From Mayamaea pseudoterrestris (taxonomy: Eukaryota): a stretch of 64,000 nucleotides of DNA. The first letter of the stretch is position 1, and each line of letters begins with the position of its first letter. Made by a program: the position numbers and the translations under genes. This document shows, one piece after another, positions 11,586 through 22,099 of the stretch. The notes beneath the pieces are model-generated. The model made no database searches. It saw only the letters and a list, made by a program, of their open reading frames with translations, and was not told the DNA's origin. Location: NCBI GenBank assembly GCA_027923505.1, contig BROI01000017.1, positions 186,001-250,000 of the forward strand, written 5' to 3'.

Positions 11586-12121
11586 CTAATTGCGTCCTCC
11601 AGTCTGCTCCAACAAGCAATCAATTTGGTCTTGGTCTTCCAACTCGAGCATCTTGGGCGTCTGGTCTGGCTCAATGCGCTCGCCATCCAACAAGAATCGA
11701 AGCGAGCTGGCTTGGACGCCGCGACGCGAGGCATACGTCTCGAAAATCTTCTTCATCTTGGTAGTCTTCTTGACCTTGAAGAACGTCTCCTCTCCCGTCT
11801 AACAATTGATAAAAAAATAGAATAAAATGACGGGCGATGGAAGGGTGAGTTACGAGTTACTTCACTACACAGACTAACAATTAACCAGCAGCTTTCGTTT
11901 CACGCAACGCAGGTCCAGGGACGCTTTTTATAATATAAATCAATTATGACGCCAGATGGTACAAGCTGCAACGAATTGCAAGAGTAGCTTTTCGATTTTC
12001 GCAAACCGACGCTTTTCCGCGCACCCCACGCTCTCTGCCATCCGCTCCTTTATTTTCTCACCTGGTCCTTGACGCGAATCGTGATCTGCTCCGGATCGGC
12101 TGCCTTTTCTTCTTCCGACAT
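11586..12121 (-). CDS. SUMO: Small ubiquitin-like modifier (SUMO), 2 exons, absent from the ORF track
   Basis: Exon 12121-12062 (MSEEEKAADPEQITIRVKDQ), intron 12061-11799, exon 11798-11586 (TGEETFFKVKKTTKMKKIF...LRFLLDGERI..DQTPKMLELEDQDQIDCLLEQTGG-RN*). Confidence 0.97.
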
Positions 12122-12474
12122 AATAAATGTGTTTTTAGTTATAGTAAGCAAGGGCGATAGTGGCAATAAAGAAGGATGATCTTCTCTCAGTTAAAGCGAA
12201 TGATGCAGCGTGGGGCGACAGCGCAAGCATCAATGCACGAAGGCGCGCCCTTCACGTGGAGTTCGAAAGACTCAAATGTCGTAGTGCGACACGTCTGCCC
12301 AGCGTCCGTTTGTGTCATTGCTAGTCGTATGTACAGTACTTGGGTAGCTTGTCCAAGAAGCACCAGCACTTCGTTGAAACAGCGCGAGCTTTAGCTCTCG
12401 CGAGAGTCAAGCTATTAGGATAGAGCAATACGACATGTATACGTGTGATGCTTCTAAGAAATCAATTATGCCGT

Positions 12475-14382
12475 CTACATGAGTGACTCCAAATCCAATT
12501 CAACACATGAGCTTGGATATTGTATATCAAAGTTCGACAAAACGTTTGGGTGAATGATACCAAACGTTCCAATCGAGCGGCGCCCTTGATGAGGCGTGCT
12601 GAGCAATATACTGGCGGCGCGGCCTGGGAAAAAAGTGCCGGCAGATGGATCTGACTCCTCCAGCGGAGCTATTGTGTATGTCCAACCTTCGCGGCTGACG
12701 CGATACTTTTCCTCGTCCGACTTGGCAGAGTTGGCAATGTATTCGGCTTCTGGTGCTACCTCGGATAGAGTCATGATACGGTCGACGAGACCATGAATGA
12801 CTTCAAATCCCGACGTTGGACCAGCGTAGACGGCGCATAAGCGTCTTGCATTCTTCGTTCCAACAATGGTTTCTGTCACGACATGCTTGTCATCCACATA
12901 AACGACATCACTGATTTCAAACAACTTGAAACCGCTCGTGAAACTCGCAGACTTGTTGTGTTGCAGCGTCTTGAGCAAGCCCGTCAGAAGCGTCGTTCGC
13001 ACAATCTGGTACTCTATATTGGCCGGATTGAGCAACGATACGGCAGCCGTCACGGGACGCCCGAGCGCCGTAAAGTTCTCGTGAATGCTGCACAGACCGT
13101 GCGTCAAGACTTCCGTGTATCCAGCGCGGGCAATTTCATCGCGCAGCAAGTCCGCAAACTGATTCAATGGAAGCTCGGCGCCAACGGTACATGTAGAAGG
13201 CACCTTCTTTTGAATATTATTGTAGCCGTAAGCAATACCAATGTCTTCTGCAATGTCGACTGCATGTAAGATATCGCTTCGAGTCGGAGGGACTTGTACG
13301 TCCAATATAGTGTCATTCTCCAACAGGACGGCGGGTCCGAGCTGCACCTTGTTGCACAACTCCTTAATTTCTTGCGCGCTAAGCTGGATCCCAATGAGTG
13401 AGTTGCAAAAGTCCACTCTTGCGCGCTCCCGCCGCGTAAAGAGCTTGGGCGTCGTGTAGCTGTCCACAATGCTGTTAAGCGCATCAACATAGTTGACCAC
13501 CACTGGCTCAACCGAAAACGGCTTGGAACAGTACTCGGAAAACATGCACACCACTGTATCGAGGACAATGTTGGCCTTGGTCAAGTCTGTGGCAGTGCAC
13601 TCGATAAAGACATTCTTCGTGTCGAGTGTAATTTTGCTCTTGCTTCCATTGATAATGGGCGGCAAACTCAAAACAGTCTCTTGACTATCCAAAATGACAG
13701 GGTAAAGAGGCGAATCCTGAATAATGGACGTATATGGCTTCAAATGTTTGGCCGTCGGGTCTGTATTGTAGAACCCGAGCAGCTCCTTGGCGTTAAACGA
13801 CCGATCGTTTGGCGTCAGCGGTACAAACTCAATGTCACTCGGCACCCGCGCGTCATAGACGAAGGGCCGCTGTATGCTATCCAAATCATGCGTTCCAATG
13901 GCAACCAACGTCCGCTGCCGACAAAGGTTGCGGTGCAGTTGATCCTGCAGGTCAATGAACGACGCGTATCGATGCTCGTCAAACGCCAAGTCGCGCAGAA
14001 TCGCGCAAACGACAAAGGGACGTATCTGATCGACATTGCCCTTTTGCACCGTCATGGTTGTCATTGACTCTGGCTCAAGAAGCTTGTACTCCGGCGCCTC
14101 CATGTCTCCCAAAAAGATGCGCAAGGCTCGACTCAATCCTTCGACGCAAAGCAAATCGTAGCGATTCGCCGGTACATCAATTTTGTAGACAACCTTGTCC
14201 GAATAGGCGGCAAGTTGTTTTTCAGTCAAGTTTGCTTGTCCTTTCAGCACCTCGTGACGTTCACTAGTGATTTCATCAAGCTCGATTCCAAACTCGAAGC
14301 ATAGTTCGTCAAAGGCTTCGTCACTATAGGTTCGACCAAGGTGCGTGTAGAGCAGGTCGCGTTCAATGGCGACCGTCGGCAT
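12475..14382 (-). CDS. FARSB: Phenylalanyl-tRNA synthetase beta subunit (cytosolic)
   Basis: Motifs MPTV, FDELCFEFGIELDE, DVPANRYDLLC, LQDQLHRNLCRQR, IGTHDLD, LSLPPIIN, PPTRSDILH, FFPGR. ATG at 14382. Confidence 0.97.
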   Translation of the reverse strand: MPTVAIERDLLYTHLGRTYSDEAFDELCFEFGIELDEITSERHEVLKGQANLTEKQLAAYSDKVVYKIDVPANRYDLLCVEGLSRALRIFLGDMEAPEYKLLEPESMTTMTVQKGNVDQIRPFVVCAILRDLAFDEHRYASFIDLQDQLHRNLCRQRTLVAIGTHDLDSIQRPFVYDARVPSDIEFVPLTPNDRSFNAKELLGFYNTDPTAKHLKPYTSIIQDSPLYPVILDSQETVLSLPPIINGSKSKITLDTKNVFIECTATDLTKANIVLDTVVCMFSEYCSKPFSVEPVVVNYVDALNSIVDSYTTPKLFTRRERARVDFCNSLIGIQLSAQEIKELCNKVQLGPAVLLENDTILDVQVPPTRSDILHAVDIAEDIGIAYGYNNIQKKVPSTCTVGAELPLNQFADLLRDEIARAGYTEVLTHGLCSIHENFTALGRPVTAAVSLLNPANIEYQIVRTTLLTGLLKTLQHNKSASFTSGFKLFEISDVVYVDDKHVVTETIVGTKNARRLCAVYAGPTSGFEVIHGLVDRIMTLSEVAPEAEYIANSAKSDEEKYRVSREGWTYTIAPLEESDPSAGTFFPGRAASILLSTPHQGRRSIGTFGIIHPNVLSNFDIQYPSSCVELDLESLM

Positions 14383-14762
14383 TTTGCAATGAGCTGATAC
14401 TAGAAGAAGATAATCGGCTTTGCTATCAAGCACTGAACAATCGAGTCGATTTTGTCCTTGCTTCCGTGGGTTGACCGTGTGACAAGGAGATGAGGCCGGC
14501 CGATGGAAGGAGCTTCAACTTGCATGAATGAGCGGCTCTTGGCTGCACGACTGGTGACCATTGATTCAGTGACGGTAAGACAAATTTTTTACCGCTACGA
14601 CGCGATCGACCCGCGCCGTCGCGCGCAACCATGAATGCCAACGCTGCCCCAATTTCGACTCTGCACCTTTGAAACAGACGATCATCCTGCAATCAACCAA
14701 GTGTGCATCAAGGCATCACAGCGCGACTGTTCTGTCGAATAGAAGTCGTCTATATCGAGTCC

Positions 14763-15508
14763 ATGACGTTGACACCGCCCAAGCTCGAGTTTGTGGAAGC
14801 CTCCGAGGTGAGTCGATGAAGAAACGTGTGACGATTCTACTCTTCTCGCAATCAATGATCGTTTCCAGTGATGTGTTCTACATGAGATTACAGAATACAC
14901 AATGTTGATCTAATTTAACGTAATCAATGCAACTGCTGAGGAAACATATTGTTTGCAAGAGAGTGAATGCGAGGCAGCGCAACGAGGCAAGCAAGCCAGC
15001 TTGTTGTCCATGATGACATCTTTTTGGATCAAGGTCCAAACACAAATCACGTGGATGAGGACGCTTTCTTGTTATCCGCTAGATAGTATCTGAGACGATT
15101 CGGTTATACTGCCGTTGCTCCGCTTGATAATCCGCGAGATGATCTTGTTCGCACGACAGTTTATGTCTCTCACATTCATTCTTTACATTCAAAATATAAA
15201 CATATCAGACATCACTCACTGTACAGTTTCCTCCGCCGCCGGCAAGCGTCAAGGTATTACTGCAATGGAAGGAACATGCATGTCCTTCCTGGGAGCAAGG
15301 AGGTAGCATGAACGTATCTCTTGCGACGGCCCAAGAAAAGCTTGTTGTGACGGCCGACTCACTCGAACCTGGCAAGTCGTACCAACTGCGACTAGTCTAC
15401 ACCAAGGCTGGTACGGATGCTGCTGTGGAAGGACCAGAGGTTGTCCTGGATACAGAGCAAGTGGGGTGTACGCCAAAGGCAGACAAGGGATGCTGTGTCT
15501 TGCAATGA
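14763..15508 (+). CDS. Single fibronectin type III-like domain protein (114 aa) with C-terminal CC-CaaX; snoRNA host gene
   Basis: Exon 14763-14807 (MTLTPPKLEFVEASE), intron 14808-15208 (GTGAGT..ATCAG), exon 15209-15508 (TSLTVQF..LQWKE..DSLEPGKSYQLRL..KGCCVLQ*). LEPGxxY is an FN3 signature. Confidence 0.8.
14861..14945 (+). ncRNA. Intronic box C/D snoRNA with predicted 18S guide and a possible second LSU guide
   Basis: Terminal stem GTTTCC (14861-66)/GGAAAC (14940-45). C-like box GTGATGT at 14868-74, D box CTGA at 14936-39. ACGTAATCAATGCA (14918-31) is antisense to SSU rRNA TGCATTGATTACGT(CCCTGCCC). Candidate D' CAGA at 14891 and C' TGTTGA at 14903. Confidence 0.8.
15004..15098 (+). ncRNA. 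Intronic box C/D snoRNA with predicted LSU guide (site equivalent to yeast Um2347, snR65-like)
   Basis: C box ATGATGA at 15010-16, D box CTGA at 15090-93, terminal stem TTGTC/GACGA. CGCTAGATAGTA (15077-88) is antisense to conserved LSU rRNA TACTATCTAGCG. Confidence 0.82.
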
Positions 15509-15772
15509 ATGCCAAAGGCTTTTTGGGGTTTTCGTTCACACTTTATTATTTAAACATGCATCAGTCTATACTCTTAATCTGGAAGGTAGTTCTCGTACTT
15601 CCATACACTATAATCGAACATCGGATGTCCATACCGTACAAGTCCTCGATATACTGTACTCGTACCGGTAGATGGAGAACCAGTCAGACACGCTGAGGTG
15701 AGTCGAGCGAGGTGAGCGACAGACTTCGAATCCACGGAATTCCCTTCGCCAGCCCAAGTTGCGTTGATCATT

Positions 15773-17779
15773 ATGAACCCACCATCTTCACAGCTGACTG
15801 ACGAGGCTCTCTTGTCCGCAATGGCTGATAGTCACGGAGATGTTTCGCGGCAGCATGTGGAAGCGAATGCGACTATAGCTTCGCCGTCGGCAGCAGGTCG
15901 CTCGCCCAGGACCTCTACCATGGATCAGACTTTTGCCGGAATTATGCCATCCACTATCACCGATACTGTTGCCAATGAAACTGTTGATCAAGAAGACCAG
16001 CTCTCGCTTCCCGATGACTTTATGCCAACATCTGTTTCCGATCGGACCGACTTGACGTCCAACATTAAGCCACGATTTTGGCGATCGCATTCATTGTCGG
16101 GTACCAAGCCTTCCAAAGAATTCGCTTCGACGACAAAACCAAACATGTTTCGATACACGACGACTCAGCAGACGGGTCTTTTTCGTGGAAAGGCTGCGCA
16201 TCTTGATCACAAGGTGATTGGTCTTGGCCAGTATGGGTTGAATGCAGCAATGCAGGATGAGCGTCAGCAACACTTGGACGAGTTTTCGCAATCATCCTTT
16301 CCCATGAAGAGCAATAAGCAGACATATCGGTCTGTCGAGGAAATGGAGGAGGAAGCCAGAGTTGGAGCTGCCAGTAATCCCTGGTACTTGCTCATCTTTG
16401 GTAACCTTGCGGCCTTCAAAATCCTATTCTTTTACCTCATTACGCTCGAGACGATTCTGGCATGCCTTTTGACCACTGGCTTTACCTGCTACTGGTACTT
16501 TGCGAATTTGAACAAACCTAACTGGTATGGTGGCGGCCTCGACTTTATACTACTGGCATTTACTGTATCAACGTCGATTGCAACGGCCATCAACATGTCG
16601 TTTACGCGGCGAGAACGGGCGCTGATTGCCATTGGAGACTTTCGATCCTTCTCGCATCACTTGTTCTTGGCTCACTGTCTTTGGGACTGGAACGAGAAAG
16701 GAGGTAGACGAGAAGCTGCAAAGAAGGTAGACTGGGTGGAACACGTTGATGCTGTCATGGCGCAGCTCATTGGCATTGGAGACGAACTGTCACGCTTCTT
16801 GACCTTGCCATCAACGAGCCGCAGTCGCCATCGAATGACTGCGACTGGGAGAAAGGAAGCTAGACGTACCATGGAGGCTGCATATCACTTAATTGAAAGC
16901 ATTGAAACACAGCGCATGACCCGGCTTATCCTGTACAGTGAACGCTTGAAGAAGATTGGTCTTCCTGCAGGAGAAATGAGCCGTATGCGGCAATATGAGC
17001 GCTTCATTTCCGTTTGCGTCGAGCAGCTGCGGCTCATCAAGATGTATCGCACTCCTCAAGCCTTGCGATCATTTGCTCGCATCTTTAGCGTATGTCTTCC
17101 TCCCTTTTATGCCCCAACGTTTGCTCAGGTTGCACGCGAGACGGGTAGTCTTGGTATGGGAATTTGCTTTGGAATCATTGCGTGTCTCTGTCTGACATGT
17201 CTTTTTGAGAGTCTACAAGTTCTCGAAGATCCATTTACAGCGTTCTTGGCTTTGGATGGAATTGATGTCCGCGAGGAGTTTGAAGTCTTGCACTATGCGC
17301 AGCTCGTCAATACGCGGCAAATTGCCTTTCCTGACGCTCCTCCGTTTCCGGCTGGAAGACGTTCGGCTTTGGTTGCCATGGGTGACAAGAAAAATTTGAA
17401 GAAGCTTCATCATTTGGTCGGACTACCGCCAGTGCAGGCACATCATGGAGGCCACAGTCGGAAGCCGAGCGAAATTGTTCTCACCACATCGAACGAGCAG
17501 GACGCACTCGACATGCATGCCGTCGATGCTATATTCGCAGATCATGAAGACTTGGAACTAGGCACTCCACTTATTTCTGGAACAGACGACGATGCCCGGC
17601 TCCGTCGTGACCTAAAGTTTTCAGACGACGAAACAACGGTGCACAGTGGAAATCGCGGCCGCCGTAAAACATCATCGAATGCGAGTGACAGCATGTCTAT
17701 TAGTGGCAGAGGCATTTCGCTAAGTCAGCGATTGACGCGGCGCGTATTGCAAGCTAAGCCGACAGCTTCCGAAGTTTGA
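15773..17779 (+). CDS. Bestrophin-like (UPF0187-type) membrane channel protein with long disordered termini
   Basis: Two TM pairs, SFTRRERA after TM2, IKMYRTPQALRSF and LQVLEDPF. First ATG at 15773. Confidence 0.6.
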   Translation: MNPPSSQLTDEALLSAMADSHGDVSRQHVEANATIASPSAAGRSPRTSTMDQTFAGIMPSTITDTVANETVDQEDQLSLPDDFMPTSVSDRTDLTSNIKPRFWRSHSLSGTKPSKEFASTTKPNMFRYTTTQQTGLFRGKAAHLDHKVIGLGQYGLNAAMQDERQQHLDEFSQSSFPMKSNKQTYRSVEEMEEEARVGAASNPWYLLIFGNLAAFKILFFYLITLETILACLLTTGFTCYWYFANLNKPNWYGGGLDFILLAFTVSTSIATAINMSFTRRERALIAIGDFRSFSHHLFLAHCLWDWNEKGGRREAAKKVDWVEHVDAVMAQLIGIGDELSRFLTLPSTSRSRHRMTATGRKEARRTMEAAYHLIESIETQRMTRLILYSERLKKIGLPAGEMSRMRQYERFISVCVEQLRLIKMYRTPQALRSFARIFSVCLPPFYAPTFAQVARETGSLGMGICFGIIACLCLTCLFESLQVLEDPFTAFLALDGIDVREEFEVLHYAQLVNTRQIAFPDAPPFPAGRRSALVAMGDKKNLKKLHHLVGLPPVQAHHGGHSRKPSEIVLTTSNEQDALDMHAVDAIFADHEDLELGTPLISGTDDDARLRRDLKFSDDETTVHSGNRGRRKTSSNASDSMSISGRGISLSQRLTRRVLQAKPTASEV

Positions 17780-17849
17780 TAAGGCTCTTCGCCGAGAAGG
17801 CAATATGTAAATGATGCATTGTTATAATTCTGTACGTTAACTATCGGAA

Positions 17850-18723
17850 TTACATGAAATAAAATCGTGCCATGACTCGAGCAGCATTCCATCCAAGTCC
17901 AAACGGATATCCAACAATCATGCCGATGTAGAGAAGGATAAAGGCAGCAATCGGAAACAGAAACACTTCAGTATTCTGCAAAAAAGGCAGACTCCTGTAG
18001 CCGAGATGGGTAATGTACCAGTACCAACTGAGAGCGACAGCGTAAAGCGTATTCGCGACGATCAATGCAGTGAGACCTTCGTCCAATACAATAGGGAGCA
18101 TGAAGAATTGGAGGACGTCTGTATATAAAAAGATAAAGAAACCGTTTCGTCAGAACGGCCGCATCGTTTATTCAACAAATGCAACCAATATAACACTCAC
18201 ATAGCACCATGAACACTGGAAAGAAGCTGTTGCAGTGAATGTCGAACGAATACATCCATTCCACCGTTTGCTTGACGTGAGTGGAGGACTGATGCACGAC
18301 CAGATTTCGATTAGCAACTTCTCGACAAAGCGTCGCAAGTACCCATCCCAAGCCCAAGTAATTCAAGACCGTGTACAGAAAGAAAGAAAGGAATCCCGCA
18401 AACGTCGTCCGAAAGGCAACCGAGTAAGCAATAGCGGCAATGCCCAAGAACAAAACTTGTAGGGCACCAAAGGCCGGGTCGTCACGAGCCCAATGGTTCT
18501 TTGTTTGCTTGCGATAGTACGACGTCTTGTACACGGATTGCGGCCGCGTTCCAAGCAGCTGCTTCATTTGATCCATGGCGCTTTGAACATCCATTTGCTT
18601 CAAGTCCGAAAGGCGATGCAAATATTGCATGGGAGGTATCGCAGATGATGAGCGAGGAGCCAGCTGGTGAGCGCCGGAACTGGAGACGAGTGCTTCGCCT
18701 CCAGTTGGAACAGAAAGTCGCAT
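17850..18723 (-). CDS. UNC50: UNC-50 family Golgi membrane protein, 2 exons
   Basis: Motifs QMDVQSA, YYRKQTKNHWARDDPAF, VEWMYSFDIHCNSFFP, YITHLGYRSLPFL. Intron 18200-18119. Start uncertain (18723, 18741 or 18876). Confidence 0.92.
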
Positions 18724-19134
18724 TTTAGATCTATCGTTCATATGCTTGCAGTCAAACAAGACGGAGAGGCCGGACAGGTGATTGCCGAGTGAGCAAGACA
18801 GGTTATCTGATGAAAAATGTTTTGCCGGCCATGGTGGTTTCGTCGGTGTGCTCGAACGCGTCGCAGTGGTTCTCATCTAGCTACTCACGACGGACCTGAA
18901 GGAAGGTTTGAATGTACCGGCAAATTCATTAGCTCAACGCAACACCACATAGCATTCATGGTCCGCAACGACTCTTCGCAACAGAATAGAATCATTAGCT
19001 GCCGGATAAGCTCTTAAATGTTTCACTCCAACACGAACTTATGTGGATGGAGGGCAAGTCTATTAAACTCTTATATGAAAGCTAGGTAGAACGCATTCTA
19101 AACGGTTCATTATTGAAAGCATCGGAACAATGTT

Positions 19135-21693
19135 TTACTGCTTACGTCCGCCTTCGAGGAGCTCCTGCACGACAAACGCAAATTGCTTTTTACTAATACC
19201 ATGTTCGGCATCGCCCCCGAAAACTTGGTCAAGTTCCTTCTGCGTTAAGCGGCGGCAAAATTCTCGTCGAAAGCCTTCGCGTAGCTCTGTAGCATTCACA
19301 GAGCCATTATCGTTCGAATCAAATTCCCGAAACAACTTGTCCGTATCCAATGTTTCAAGCTTTTTGCCAAGTTGAGCGTGATGGAAAGCTCCTCCGGCGA
19401 AGCGGCGTACATTAAGATAAAACTCATTGGCGATTTCTTGAGTCTCTTGCCAATATCTGTTTTCCAATGAGCCGTTCAAATTTAAACCATCATAGTTGAT
19501 GACCATGTTCATTTTGCCGTGTTCGCTCTTAACTTCACCAAAAGTTTCCCGTAGGCAGCGGAAGTACCAGTCCATGTCCTCATCTGAATTTAAAGATATA
19601 CCACAAAGGTTGAGAAACATGACATTGTCCTCAGCGTGGTAGGAGAAGCGATCCTTGAACGAGCCAAATATTTCGGAAGCTGCATTCATCTTCTTTTCCA
19701 AAAATATACGACGGTCCATTAGCTTCAAATTTGAGCTGACCACTGGCTCAAACTCGATCTGATTTAGAACATCCTTTTGCAAGTCAACTCCTGGAGCAAT
19801 CTCAATCAGCTCCAGGACGGGATGGTGCGACGAACGCCGAAAGACGGCTCGTTCGGTCACATAGAGTACCTTCTGGCCACGTCGAACGGCTTCGTCACCG
19901 CTAAACGTAACTTCGCCGACCATGTTGACAAACTTCTTGATGCTGCCCTCCTTGTTGATAATCAACTTGCCATTCTTAGTTGTTGTCACATCTAGTCCAC
20001 TTGCTGTCAGAGGCGACATGAACATGACAACGTCGGTCGATTGAGATATGTCGATGAATCCGCCAGGGCCAGTAAGGCGATCCTTTGACATTCTCGAGAC
20101 GTTCACATCACCACGAGGCGAGATCTGAGCTGCTCCAAGAAATGAAATATCTAGACCACCTCCGTCATAAAAGTCAAACATTTGATTCATTTCAATTACT
20201 GCCGCTGGGTTGTAAGCCGGTCCAAAACTGTGCCCGCTCGCCGGAAGGCCACCGAAAACGCCAGGTTCCGTTGAAAGAGTAATGTAGTCCAGCATGTCCT
20301 CTTCTGCAGCAACTCGGGCCACGCCTTCCGGAAGTCCGATACCCAAATTGACAACCATGTCTGGTTTCAGCTCGAAAAACGCTCGTCGAGCAATGACTTT
20401 GCGTTGCGACATGGGCAAGGGTGCAATTGCATCCTCTGGCGAACGAATCTGCCCTGTAAGAGAGGGATTGTACCGCTCCACAAAGCTCATTGAATGGAGC
20501 TCATCTTGATCCTCCTCATCAACAACCACGACACAGTCTACCAGTGGCGCGGGAACAGCGACTTGCTTGGGGTTCAACGAGCCGTTTTTGGCGAGTCGCA
20601 TCACTTGCGCAATGACAATGCCTCCACTATTTCTTGCTGCCATAGCAGTGTTCATTTGGTCGCACATGAGGGACTCGCGCTCAATGGTCAAGTTACCAGA
20701 AGTATCAGCGGTGGTCGCGCGAATGATCGCGACATTGATAGGAAGAGCCTTGTAAAGCAGATTCTGCTGACCGTCAATGTCAATTTTTGATACGGGCTGA
20801 AAGAGACTTTTCCTAGCGGCTTCGTTGCAAGTTCCGCCGCCCAAGTCAGGGTCCACAAATGTACCTGTTCCGACCATTGTGATATGGCCTAAAAGATGGT
20901 CAGGGCGAGAAGGGTCGACAGATACACAGCACCTTCAAAGCGGACAAACATACCTGGGCTATGCGTTGCCTTGGCACGCAGCATGCGAGAGATACTTCCC
21001 ATCGGTAGAGCCCAAGCCTCGCACTCTTCATCGAGCGCCATTTGCGCCACCATTGGTACTTGTCCGTAGTGACTTCCAATGGTGCGCTTGAGCATATTCT
21101 TTGTGCCACCCTTTTTTGCCAGGTGATTAAGTCCTCGCGTAGACCAGTCGCCTGTGACAGGAATAACAATGAGGTCTGATTTGCAAGCAAAGTTCGTAAA
21201 GATAATGACTGTATCATCATTGCCCAGCCGACTTACCTGGACCACCACCAAACACAAGCGTCAAGTCGAATGGCGCGCCTTCTGATTCATATCGCTTCCC
21301 CAACGCCTTTAGCACTGCCTCTGGCGTTCCTTGACACACGAAACCAGAAACAGCCACAGTATCTCCGTTCCGAATAAGGCTGACAGCATCCTCGGCCGTC
21401 GTTATCTTTTGCTTTGATCGCTTGGGAATATTGTAGTAGCTGCTTGCTCCGCCGTCCAGAGCAGTCTGCTTGGTGGGATACTCATTCAAGGAATCAACGT
21501 GAGCTTGAAGATCTTTGGAGATGCGAAAGTAGCGATATGTTGTCTTTGTAGTGTTGTGGTGGCTGGTAACCGTCGGAGAATTGGCAGCAAGGATGGATAT
21601 TGTACGCTTCAAGTCTGAAGAGTGAGAAGTTAGCGTCGAATTCGCGGCGACACGGCGAGCCAAAATTGGGGTATAGCGCAATTGATTTGCCAT
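19135..21693 (-). CDS. Family I acyl-CoA:acetate/propionate CoA-transferase (YdiF/Pct-like, fused subunits) with presequence and C-terminal EF-hand, 3 exons
   Basis: Introns 21236-21152 and 20953-20889 join three ORFs. Motifs DAVSLIRNGDTVAVSGF, GTFVDP, VNLGIGLPEG, catalytic EPGVFG, FYDGGGLD, GPGGFIDISQ, YVTERAVF. Arg/Ser/Thr-rich N-terminus. Confidence 0.9.
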
Positions 21694-22099
21694 GGCAAAG
21701 AAGAATATTCACTTCTTTTCCGAAGTAAACATCTTGCTGGTCCTTTTATGTGTCGAATAGTAGGCATGGAGGGTCATGAAGAATGGACGCCGATGGCCGG
21801 ATTCGACAGATCGATGCGAAGCCTTTTTCGATCCCGAACTCGTTCAGTCATGAGCATTGAATGCTGACGTGGTTTTCGAGTGGCCTCGCGTGTATAGCGG
21901 CGCATGTGCTTTTTGAATCTAGCGAAGACCAATGCGAAATATTTAGTCACTCTAATCATAAAGTGAGTCAGCAGCGCTTGATTCGTCGCGCGGCGCCGAG
22001 CACCATGGAAGTTGGAACGTCTTCGACCAGCACATACACATCATCCCTTTCTCCGCTTTCATCTCAAATACTTTGCATTTACTCACGAGAAAGTCAAAC

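Noticed and set aside
15069..15080. TTGTTATCCGCT matches part of the lac operator
   Set aside because: Only 12 nt, no vector sequence around it, and it overlaps the snoRNA guide; a chance match.
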